DNA of 64,000 nucleotides. It comes from Patescibacteria group bacterium. GTDB lineage: Bacteria; Patescibacteriota; Patescibacteriia; JACRDY01. Below, piece by piece: positions 28,440 through 36,723 of this stretch. Both the position numbers and the translations under genes were made by a program. Below the pieces are notes generated by a model. It saw only the letters and a list, made by a program, of their open reading frames with translations, was not told where the DNA came from and did not search any database. The stretch spans positions 32,000-95,999 of the forward strand of contig JBAZBH010000002.1 of the NCBI GenBank assembly GCA_041671565.1, written 5' to 3'. Position 1 is the stretch's first letter; each line of letters opens with the position of its first letter.

Positions 28440-28570
28440 TTAGCGGTTAGGTAGTTAGGAGGATAGGAGGTTAGGAAGAAGGTTAAATGGTTTTATGGTT
28501 TTATGGTTGAATGGCTAAATAAATCCCAACCATAAAGCCCTAAAGCCATAGAACCATAGAACCGTAATTT
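28440..28570. repeat. palindromic intergenic element, 'gttagg + ggttttatgg' family
   Basis: gttaggtagttaggaggataggaggttagg ... aatggttttatggttttatggttgaatgg ... ccataaagccctaaagccatagaaccatagaacc. Confidence 0.8.
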
Positions 28571-28826
28571 TAGCAGTCAGAAAGATTAAAAAATTAAAAG
28601 TTTAAATAGCAAAGTAGCCTCGTCCCCGGGGTTATTTTTATTATGTGAAAACCGGAGAAAAGTCGTTGACAGCGGGGAATAAAGGTGGTAAGGTTTTAAG
28701 TCAACTAGAGAAAAGAAAATAAGTTTTTGGAATTAGGCTGATTTTGTCTAATTTGAGCCAATTTTCTTAACAGCCTAGTTAGGCTAGTGTTATCAGGCGG
28801 CAGGGTTTAATTTATTAAAGCAATTT

Positions 28827-29681
28827 ATGACCGAAGTGAATTATTTTAAGATTATCAAAAAGCATTGGCAGCTGCTCGCCGCCATGACGATTGCGGTTGT
28901 GTTAGTTAGCTTACTAATCACGGCTTTTTTGCCGTTCAAATACCGTTCCACGGTCCAACTTCTAGTGATTGAAAATCAGGCCGGTTGGGACGCTTACTCT
29001 GCCATCCGTTCGGCTGAGCAGATTAATAGCAACTTGGCGTATCTGATTAATACCACTTCTTTCCGCGATAAAGTCCTGCATTACGGTTTTGTGCGGCAAG
29101 ACAGTTTCCCGGCCGATCCGCTCAAGAGAAAATCAGCTTGGACTGACGCCATCAGCACTTACGCTGTGCCGCAGACCGGCATTTTGAAGATTGATGTTTA
29201 CCATCGCAGCCAGACTGAAGCGACGGCGATTGCCAAAAGCATCGCTTACGGCCTGGTGACCTCCGGCCGCGAGTATCTCGGCTCCAGCCAGGTGGAAATT
29301 AAAATCGTTGACGAGCCGCTGACTTCCCGTTATCCGGTCAAACCGAATGTCCCCTTGAACTTGGGCGCGGCTTTGGTTTTGGGCGCTCTCTTTTCGGTCG
29401 GTTATGTTTTGGCGTTTAGTGAGAGTTTAGAAAAGAAAGCTCAAATGCGCGCTGAGCGGGCCGCCAGAGTCGCGGCGGTTAAACCGGATTTTGGGCAAGT
29501 CGAGTCGCCGGTTGAATTGCCAAGGGAAGAAGACAACTTAGTCGCGGTGCCGGTTTTTGGCGGGGAGCAGGAATTAGCGCCGGTGGCGGTGGCCGTGGAA
29601 CTAGAGCCGGAGGCGGGCATGGTTAGCGCTGTAGATAAGGAGAGTGATTTTTATAAGATGTTGTTCCCGGAGAGGAACTGA
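28827..29681 (+). CDS. Wzz-like polysaccharide chain-length determinant protein
   Basis: N-terminal TM after KKHWQLL, Wzz-type periplasmic domain, second TM near C-terminus (LGAALVLGALFSVGYVLAF), acidic tail. Confidence 0.55.
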   Translation: MTEVNYFKIIKKHWQLLAAMTIAVVLVSLLITAFLPFKYRSTVQLLVIENQAGWDAYSAIRSAEQINSNLAYLINTTSFRDKVLHYGFVRQDSFPADPLKRKSAWTDAISTYAVPQTGILKIDVYHRSQTEATAIAKSIAYGLVTSGREYLGSSQVEIKIVDEPLTSRYPVKPNVPLNLGAALVLGALFSVGYVLAFSESLEKKAQMRAERAARVAAVKPDFGQVESPVELPREEDNLVAVPVFGGEQELAPVAVAVELEPEAGMVSAVDKESDFYKMLFPERN

Positions 29682-29684
29682 CGG

Positions 29685-29945
29685 GGATTTAAGATTTAAG
29701 ATTTAGGATTTAAGATTTAAGAATGGTGGTAATCAGCGTCTAAACCTCTAAATACCATTTTAAGTTCAAAACCCTAAGTTCAAAGTTCAAATCAAGTTCA
29801 AAGGCCAAAACTCCAATAGTCTTTTGATTTTTGAACTTGATTTGAACTTTGCACTTTGAACTTTGGATTTTTAATCAAATTGTATTGTAGGATGTTAATT
29901 TACCGACCATTCTTAAATCCTAAATCTTAAATCCTAAATCTCATT
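29685..29945. repeat. nested palindromic intergenic element (gatttaa outer / ttcaaag inner), most complete copy
   Basis: gatttaagatttaagatttaggatttaagatttaagaatg ... ttcaaagttcaaatcaagttcaaagg ... ctttgaacttgatttgaactttg ... cattcttaaatcctaaatcttaaatcctaaatc. Confidence 0.85.
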
Positions 29946-30164
29946 TCTCCCCTAGAGCCTTGATTATCGTCGAACAACCCCTTGGTCGGCGGCCATCAAC
30001 GCTTTATATATTTGGCGCTGGGTTCTCTGAAAATTTAACGATAGATTAACAAAAGGTTTTATCAAGTAGTTTAAGTTAGTTAGTGTTCAGTAGTGTGTTG
30101 TACCCAAAACCAACCTCCACCAAGGCTTGATCGCCGCGGGGAGAAAACAGAAGGAGACAGGAAA

Positions 30165-31295
30165 ATGAAGAAATCGATGGTTCTGGTTTACGCGCTGGCG
30201 ATCAGTCTGGTCGTCAGCGGTCTGGTGCTGGCGGAGGATTTTCCACCATTTCGTATTGGCATGGAAGCGATACATCACTGTGAGGTTGGGGCCGAATATG
30301 GAAAACTACTGCCGGCGCAGACAATCCCCACACAACCCGGAGGCAATAGCCTTTGTCGGGTGGACGGAGGATATGCAGTTGGACAGGAACTCCTGCGACT
30401 GGTCAGAGCTGGTTGTTCGGAACCTAAGCAAGCCGTGCATGTTAAAAATGAGAGAATTAAAGCTGGGATGGATGCCTTAAAGAATGCCGGCTGGGATATG
30501 AGCCGGGTGATAAAAGGTAACCCGGTGCCCGGCTTCGCCGGAGTTATTGTGACTTGTTCCGAAGAAACCACTGCCTCTTACAGCAATGTCACCAACAACA
30601 TGGCGAAGGCCATGAACATACCGGAAACCAAGAAGATTTTGGATCCCGGCGAAGCGCCGAAGTGGCAATTGGAAGGCGAGGGTGAAACTTTGCACTGGGT
30701 GCAGTATTTACCCAAAGATCCGCCATCTGGCTTCGGCAGTGGCATTAATGTTCGCCTGATCCTACCAGTCCAGCTCTTCTGGGGCTGGTATCCGTTGCCG
30801 TTCAAAGATAAAGAAAAAGAGTTCAAAAACTACAGTGACCAGGAGGCGATGGATAACGATTGGGACGATGTCCAATCGTTTGACGCCCAGCTGGGGCTGG
30901 AGTTTCGGATCGACGAGCGTTGGCTGGCGAGATTAGCCGCCGGCGCCGGCGTCGCCCATGTATTGACCACTGACCCGGGTGTTACTGATAGGAGCCAGCA
31001 TAACTTCTGGGGCCCACGGGCCTTAGTTGAGGTTGGTTATTCCTGGCAGCAAACTGATTGGTGGCTGGTCCTGGGCAGCCAATACAGCGCTTTCCGCCTT
31101 TCAGAATCGTTCAAGGCGAGCGAAGGCGGATTTACCGCGCCGCACATAGGGGTCGGGTACGGATCCCTGTTTTTGAAAGCAGGCTATTTCCTGCACTGGT
31201 ACCAAGTTAACCCGGGAAACTCCGATGTCAAACTGGGTGGCGGTTTTGCCGCCATGATCGGTTTGGAACCCATATACCCCTCGATAACCGAGTAA
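30165..31295 (+). CDS. secreted hypothetical protein
   Basis: ATG 30165 with AAGGAGA RBS; signal peptide MKKSMVLVYALAISLVVSGLVLA; Gly/aromatic-rich C-terminal region. Confidence 0.5.
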   Translation: MKKSMVLVYALAISLVVSGLVLAEDFPPFRIGMEAIHHCEVGAEYGKLLPAQTIPTQPGGNSLCRVDGGYAVGQELLRLVRAGCSEPKQAVHVKNERIKAGMDALKNAGWDMSRVIKGNPVPGFAGVIVTCSEETTASYSNVTNNMAKAMNIPETKKILDPGEAPKWQLEGEGETLHWVQYLPKDPPSGFGSGINVRLILPVQLFWGWYPLPFKDKEKEFKNYSDQEAMDNDWDDVQSFDAQLGLEFRIDERWLARLAAGAGVAHVLTTDPGVTDRSQHNFWGPRALVEVGYSWQQTDWWLVLGSQYSAFRLSESFKASEGGFTAPHIGVGYGSLFLKAGYFLHWYQVNPGNSDVKLGGGFAAMIGLEPIYPSITE

Positions 31296-31323
31296 AAACT
31301 CAAATCTCTGAAAGGAGAAAGCC

Positions 31324-33291
31324 ATGAAATGGCAAAACTGGTTCACTGCGTTCTTCATGATGGCGGCAGTTATACTGTTCGCCGGTTGCACTCCCGACAC
31401 GAATGATGACGGCACGGCTTCGGCCGACGCTTCGGCGACCGCTGATGACGATGCCGCCACGGACGACGACACCGCCGCGGATGATGATGCGGTGGATGAC
31501 GATGATGTTGATGATGATGTTGATGACGACGCCGATGACGACACCGCTCCGGTGTTGTGCGACGACGGCCTGTTCTGCAACGGCGTGGATACGGTTAACT
31601 CGGTGACGCAATTGTGCGTCCACACCGGCGATCCGTGCGTGGTTCAAGGTCTGGTCTGCAATGAAGCGACGAAGTCCTGCGACCCCGCCGCTACGACCAC
31701 GACCACGACGCCGCCAGCGACCACCACGACCACGGTAGCGCCGACGACAACGACGACCGTGGCTCCGACCACCACCACGACGATGGCGCCGACAACGACG
31801 ACCACGACGGTGGTGACGACGACCAGTACGACCACGACGACCGTGGGTACGCTGGTTTCCTGTTATGAAGACGCGGACGGCGACGGCTACGGTAACTGGA
31901 ATACAACGCCGGTTCAGTTCGTTGATGTCTGCCCGTTTGGCTACGCGTCGAACGGTACGGACTGCGACGAGACCGATGGGACAATTTATCCCGGTGCGCC
32001 GGAACAGCGTTATGGCATTGACAGCGACTGTGATGATGAACCGGCCGACTGCATTGACATGGTCGTAGTCAACGGTTTCTATTGCGTTGATTATGATCCG
32101 GAAACGGATATGCTGATGCTCTACGGCCCGCCGGACCAACTTGAATCCTGGAAATACCTCAACCATTTTGAAGAAAATGGGGTGACTTATTTCGATTATG
32201 TGGATGTGCCGTTCGAGGCATATTTCATGTGGTCTTTTACGGGTTGGGGCAACCGGTTCAATTTCAGCCAAATCGTCGGCGACGGCTGGTTCTATCTGGA
32301 TAACTCCCAGCCGGAGCTGGACGGGACGGAAGAAGACGCAGACGGCGTGGTCTTGAACCACGATCTCTTGGACTACGCCAACTGCGACCTGCCGACGGGT
32401 TGCGCGTTGGAAGCTTGGGGCCGTAATCCCCGTTCTTTGGTCAATGTGATGTCCGGCAGTTGGGATGATTATTGCATCGCGTTGACCATGAGCCTAGAAA
32501 ACCAAGGCGAATGGTTGGACGATGGCAATGGCAACGCCTTGGACTGGCTGGTGGCTTTGGACGAGTGTACGGCCGGCGCCGACAATACTGGCGTTGACAG
32601 CCAAGGAAGGCCGTTTTACTGGGTGAACACCGAGGATGTTCCTTGGATTCACTCCCAACAGTGCAGCCTATTAACGGTTCCGTCGGTTTTGAAGGCTTGC
32701 CTGGAAACGAAGGCGGAATTCGTCTTCTATATTCCTCCCGGCACGACCACGACGACGAGCACCACGACCACCACGAGCACCAGCACGACGACAGTGGCGC
32801 CCGGCACCACGACGACTGTGGCTCCGACGACCACGACGACGGTGGTGACCACGACTGTGGCTCCGACGACCACGACGACGGTGCCGGTGCTAAAGGGACT
32901 ATTAACCAACAACACCACGACCGATCAATTGGAGATTGATTGGCTGATCAGCGGTGGATTTGTTCTCGGCTTCCTGGAGCCATGGCCGAATACGGCGGAG
33001 ACACCGGTGGCGCTGGCAGGCATTGACCAAGTTTGCGTCGCGAGGAAGAATGGCTCGTGGCTGCAGACTTGCGTCGATTTTGATTCGGCCGGCAATGAAT
33101 TGATTTTTCCGTCGGCCGACGGAACCGTTACGACGGATTTCTGGCTGTGGATCAGTGACATCTTCGGTCAGGAGTATTGGCTTTACATTGACACTGTAAC
33201 GACGCCGTACGAGGCGCTGCGCTTTAACCTGGATGGTTTGGCAGCAGCAGCCGGCAGCGGCGACAAATGGTTACGACGAACCGCGCCGTAA
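31324..33291 (+). CDS. surface lipoprotein with poly-Asp tract, 8-Cys module and Thr/Pro-rich linkers
   Basis: lipobox LFAGC; D-rich run (DDDAATDDDTAADDDAVDDDDVDDDVDDDADDD); CDDGLFCNG...C..C..C module; (T)n-VAPTTTTT linkers between folded domains. Confidence 0.6.
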   Translation: MKWQNWFTAFFMMAAVILFAGCTPDTNDDGTASADASATADDDAATDDDTAADDDAVDDDDVDDDVDDDADDDTAPVLCDDGLFCNGVDTVNSVTQLCVHTGDPCVVQGLVCNEATKSCDPAATTTTTTPPATTTTTVAPTTTTTVAPTTTTTMAPTTTTTTVVTTTSTTTTTVGTLVSCYEDADGDGYGNWNTTPVQFVDVCPFGYASNGTDCDETDGTIYPGAPEQRYGIDSDCDDEPADCIDMVVVNGFYCVDYDPETDMLMLYGPPDQLESWKYLNHFEENGVTYFDYVDVPFEAYFMWSFTGWGNRFNFSQIVGDGWFYLDNSQPELDGTEEDADGVVLNHDLLDYANCDLPTGCALEAWGRNPRSLVNVMSGSWDDYCIALTMSLENQGEWLDDGNGNALDWLVALDECTAGADNTGVDSQGRPFYWVNTEDVPWIHSQQCSLLTVPSVLKACLETKAEFVFYIPPGTTTTTSTTTTTSTSTTTVAPGTTTTVAPTTTTTVVTTTVAPTTTTTVPVLKGLLTNNTTTDQLEIDWLISGGFVLGFLEPWPNTAETPVALAGIDQVCVARKNGSWLQTCVDFDSAGNELIFPSADGTVTTDFWLWISDIFGQEYWLYIDTVTTPYEALRFNLDGLAAAAGSGDKWLRRTAP

Positions 33292-33439
33292 TCGCATTTT
33301 ATTCACAACGCACCGGGGGCTTGGCAACGAGCCCCCGATTTTTTTTAAAAAAGAGGGGAAAATGGTATAATTTAACTAGTTACTAGTTAACTACTGATTT
33401 TTTATATTAGGTGGTAAATCGGCGTTTTAATGGCAAAAC

Positions 33440-33600
33440 ACGGTTAGAATGTCCAATAACCAAATTCCAATATCCAATCAATGCCCAATGCCAAAACTTC
33501 GTTATTGGACATTGGTCATTGGGTCCGCCGAATCGGCGGATGGACATTTGAGCTTGGTCATTGGTCATTGTTTTAAATCTTAAATCCTTCTTTGTGCCCC
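33440..33600. repeat. nested palindromic element, 'aatgtccaat' inner family
   Basis: aatgtccaataaccaaattccaatatccaatcaatgcccaatgccaaaa ... ttggacattggtcattgggtccgccgaatcggcggatggacatttgagcttggtcattggtcatt ... aatcttaaatcc. Confidence 0.8.
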
Positions 33601-35057
33601 ATTCTCATTCAGCCACCAAAATCAACTCTGAAGTTCTATTAACCATCTGGTCCATCGCCCTGGTCGGTCTTTTTGTTTTCGGCAGTTGGTACTTTTCCCT
33701 GAATCTTTTTTGGCTGTATCTTTTGTGTTTGGCGCCGGTGGGTATCGCGATTTTGAAATATCCGGCGATTGGCGCTTATGTGATCGTGTTTTGCACGCTG
33801 GTGTTTGAACGCTGGTTCACTTTACAGTCCATTCCTTGGGGCGACCAGCTGATTAAGTTTTATCCACTGGATTTGATTATTGTCTTTTGGCTGGTGGCGG
33901 TGGTTATAAGGTTATTAGCCGGAGAGCAAAAGCCGGTCTGGCCAAACCGGAAATTAGTCTGGGGACTGGGCATATTTTTTGCCGTGGTGCTCTTGAATTT
34001 CATCCGGGCGATTTTTGCCAAAGAAATTGATTTGGCGCTTGCCTTTTCCACGGTTAAAAACTTCGCGCTTTACGGCGTGATTTACTGGCTGATGATTAAC
34101 AGCTTATTAAATAGGGAACAGTGGCGACGGTTTTGCGGCGCGCTCCTAGCCGGCGGTCTGGCGCTCTGCTACTTCGTGGTTTACGGTTTTCTCACCGGTC
34201 GCGGACTGTGGATTGAGTATGTGCCGCTCTCAACTTGGGGCACGCGCCTACTCGGCGGGCCGCATAGTTTTTATCTCTTGATTTTGATTATTCTCTTAAT
34301 CAGCTGGCTGGTCGGTTCGGAGCGGCGCTTTAGCCGGCAAGACTATTTATATTTAGCTTTACTTTTGGTTTTTGGCTTGGGCCTGGTCGGCTCGCTCCAG
34401 CGGCATTTATGGCTCGCTTTGCCGCTTGGCCTCGGCGTAACGCTCTGGTTTTATCGGCCGGCGGAAAGGTGGCGGTTTTTACGGCTCGCTGGCTTGGGAG
34501 TAATGGCGGTGGTTTTTATCTTGGCGCTGTCGTTTTGGCTCGCTTCCTGGGAGTCCAGCAATTTTTTACTCGGGAGCGATATTATTAAATCACTGCAACT
34601 CCGCGTAGTGTCTTTTTTCAACTCGGCAGTGGAGGACTCCAGCGCGTACTGGCGGGTGCGGTCGTGGCAGCAGGCTTGGGAGTGGTTTAAAACTAACCCG
34701 CTCTTTGGTGTCGGCCTCGGGCGGCTTTTGAATTTTCAAGTTGATGATGTTAAACATTATATTCCGATGCGCGACCTGCATAACGACTTTGTTTCCGTTG
34801 CCGTCCAAATGGGCCTGGCCGGCATTTTGGCGTTTCTTTTTATGCTACTGCAGATTGGTCGGAGTTTCTTGGCCGTTTATCGGCGTTTACCAACCGCTGA
34901 TCGCCTGGTGTATACTGGCTTTTTCAGCCTAGTCGTAGTTTTCTTTTTTGTCGCCAACTTCGGCGTTTATCTGGACCTGAATCTTTATGTGGTTTGGTTG
35001 TGGCTGTTTTTGGGCAGTTTGACGGTGATAGAGAGATTAAATGGCTTAAAAGGTTAA
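33594..35057 (+). CDS. Wzy/O-antigen-ligase-family polymerase-like membrane protein
   Basis: about 10-12 TM helices; HYIPMRDLHNDFVSVAVQMGLAGI matches the Wzy_C H..N.y....E.G..G motif; no ATG near 5' end, GTG 33594 proposed (track start 33561 lies in repeat). Confidence 0.55.
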   Translation: MPHSHSATKINSEVLLTIWSIALVGLFVFGSWYFSLNLFWLYLLCLAPVGIAILKYPAIGAYVIVFCTLVFERWFTLQSIPWGDQLIKFYPLDLIIVFWLVAVVIRLLAGEQKPVWPNRKLVWGLGIFFAVVLLNFIRAIFAKEIDLALAFSTVKNFALYGVIYWLMINSLLNREQWRRFCGALLAGGLALCYFVVYGFLTGRGLWIEYVPLSTWGTRLLGGPHSFYLLILIILLISWLVGSERRFSRQDYLYLALLLVFGLGLVGSLQRHLWLALPLGLGVTLWFYRPAERWRFLRLAGLGVMAVVFILALSFWLASWESSNFLLGSDIIKSLQLRVVSFFNSAVEDSSAYWRVRSWQQAWEWFKTNPLFGVGLGRLLNFQVDDVKHYIPMRDLHNDFVSVAVQMGLAGILAFLFMLLQIGRSFLAVYRRLPTADRLVYTGFFSLVVVFFFVANFGVYLDLNLYVVWLWLFLGSLTVIERLNGLKG

Positions 35058-35059
35058 AA

Positions 35060-35245
35060 ATAGTGATAAATAATTTCGGTAATTAGGGTTTTAAGTTCAA
35101 AACCCAAAGATTCAAAGTTCAAATCAAGTTCAAAGGCCAAAATTGGCTTCACGCTGGTTCAAGGATAGTAATTTTGATATTTGAACTTGATTTGAACTTT
35201 GGATTTTGAACTTTGAGCTTCTCATTATGTTTATTAGAATAAAGA
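35060..35245. repeat. 'ttcaaag' palindromic element (inner type only)
   Basis: aagttcaaaacccaaagattcaaagttcaaatcaagttcaaaggccaaaa ... tttgaacttgatttgaactttggattttgaactttg. Confidence 0.8.
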
Positions 35246-35266
35246 CCTTTTAAAGTAGCGCCAATT

Positions 35267-36484
35267 ATGAAGATCCTCCAGGTTCACAAGTTCTACTATC
35301 CTCACCGCGGGGCGGAGAGTTATTTTTTTAATCTAATTGAGTTACTAGAGAAACACGGGCACGAAGTGGCGCCTTTTGCTATGGCTGACGGTAAAAACCG
35401 CCCCAGCCCGTACGCGGACTATTTTACCGGGAAGCTTGATGTTAGCCGGCCGGATTATTCGCTCCGATCAATCAAGAAAATCGGCAAGATTATTTATAAC
35501 CGGCAGGCCAAGGCCGACGCCAGCCGGTTGGTTCAGAAATTTCGGCCGGATATTGTCCATGTTCATAATATCTATCATCAACTGTCGCCAGCGGTTTTAG
35601 AAGCGTTTAAGGAAGCCGGCTTGCCAGTGGTGATGACCGTGCATGACTTCAACCTGATTTGCCCCAATTATTTACTCTATACCCACGGTCGAATTTGCGA
35701 GCGATGCCAGGGCGGCCGGTTTTACAATTGTTTACTCCATCGTTGCATTAAAGATTCGTTTGGCGCTTCGGCCGTTGGCGCGGCGGCGGCTTATTTTAAT
35801 CGTCTCGCGCGGATTTATGAGAAAAATGTTGATCTCTATATCGCTCCCAGCCAGTTTTTGAAAAATAAACTGGTGGAGTTTGGTTTTCCGCCAGAGAAAG
35901 TGGTTGTCTTGCCGCATTTTGTCCCGGCGGCCAAAACTCCGGCTAAAGGCGCGGGCAAATATATTTTGTATGCCGGCGCGCTCCGCGGCAATAAAGGCGT
36001 TAAAGAATTGATCCGGGCGTTCCGTGAAGTTGAGTTTGATGCAGATTTGCAGATTGCCGGCGACGGGCCGGAGCGGGTTAACTTAGAAAAACTGGTTCAA
36101 AAATTGGGTTTGACCGAACGAGTTAAGTTCCTCGGCCAGTTAGCTCGCCCGGAGCTAACCGCCGTGATTCGACACTCGCGCCTAGTCGTAGTGCCGTCGC
36201 TTTATCACGAAGTTTTTGGCTTGGCGGCATTGGAAGCGTTGGCCGAGGGCAAGCCGGTACTCGCCTCGTCGCTTGGCGCGCTCCCCGAAGTGGTGACCGG
36301 CGAAGTCGGCCAGATCTTTAACCCGGCGGAAAAAGGCTCACTCGGCCGCAGTTTAAACTGGCTTCTTAGTCAACCGAATCTCGGCGCGATGGGGGAGAAA
36401 GGGTGGGAGGCGGTTAAAGAGAGGTATAGTTCGGCTGAGCATTATCAGAGGTTGTTGGAAATCTATAAGAGATTTAAGATTTAG
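35267..36484 (+). CDS. GT4-family glycosyltransferase
   Basis: GT-B fold; EVFGLAALEALAEGKPVLASSLGALPEVV (E-x7-E motif). Confidence 0.85.
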   Translation: MKILQVHKFYYPHRGAESYFFNLIELLEKHGHEVAPFAMADGKNRPSPYADYFTGKLDVSRPDYSLRSIKKIGKIIYNRQAKADASRLVQKFRPDIVHVHNIYHQLSPAVLEAFKEAGLPVVMTVHDFNLICPNYLLYTHGRICERCQGGRFYNCLLHRCIKDSFGASAVGAAAAYFNRLARIYEKNVDLYIAPSQFLKNKLVEFGFPPEKVVVLPHFVPAAKTPAKGAGKYILYAGALRGNKGVKELIRAFREVEFDADLQIAGDGPERVNLEKLVQKLGLTERVKFLGQLARPELTAVIRHSRLVVVPSLYHEVFGLAALEALAEGKPVLASSLGALPEVVTGEVGQIFNPAEKGSLGRSLNWLLSQPNLGAMGEKGWEAVKERYSSAEHYQRLLEIYKRFKI

Positions 36485-36720
36485 GATTTAAGATTTAAGA
36501 ATGTCGGTATCCGGTGTTTAAACCGATAACCGAGGTTAAAATGTCCAATATCCAAATCCCAATGTCCAATCAATGCCCAATGACCAAAGGTGGTAATCCC
36601 GAAGCGACCCCGTTGTGGCTTGGACATTGGTCATTGGGTCCGCCGAATCGGCGGATGGACATTGGAGCTTGGGCATTGGTCATTTATTCTTAAATCTTAA
36701 ATCCTAAATCTTTTTCTTGA
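36480..36720. repeat. nested palindromic element (gatttaa outer / aatgtccaat inner)
   Basis: gatttaagatttaggatttaagatttaagaatg ... aatgtccaatatccaaatcccaatgtccaatcaatgcccaatgaccaaagg ... ttggacattggtcattgggtccgccgaatcggcggatggacattgg ... ttcttaaatcttaaatcctaaatc. Confidence 0.85.
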
Positions 36721-36723
36721 GCC

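Noticed and set aside
30093-30164. Upstream extension of secreted protein (track start 30093, MCCTQNQPPPRLDRRGEKTEGDRK...)
   Set aside because: The ATG at 30165 is preceded by an AAGGAGA RBS and begins a canonical signal peptide. The extension is charged and unlikely.
31300-32361. 353-aa minus-strand ORF and several small poly-Val/poly-Arg ORFs (31403..31606+, 31644..31835-, 32727..32918-)
   Set aside because: They are produced by the (accacgacgacc)n Thr-linker and poly-Asp coding repeats of the lipoprotein gene. The compositions (poly-V, poly-R/G) are not protein-like.
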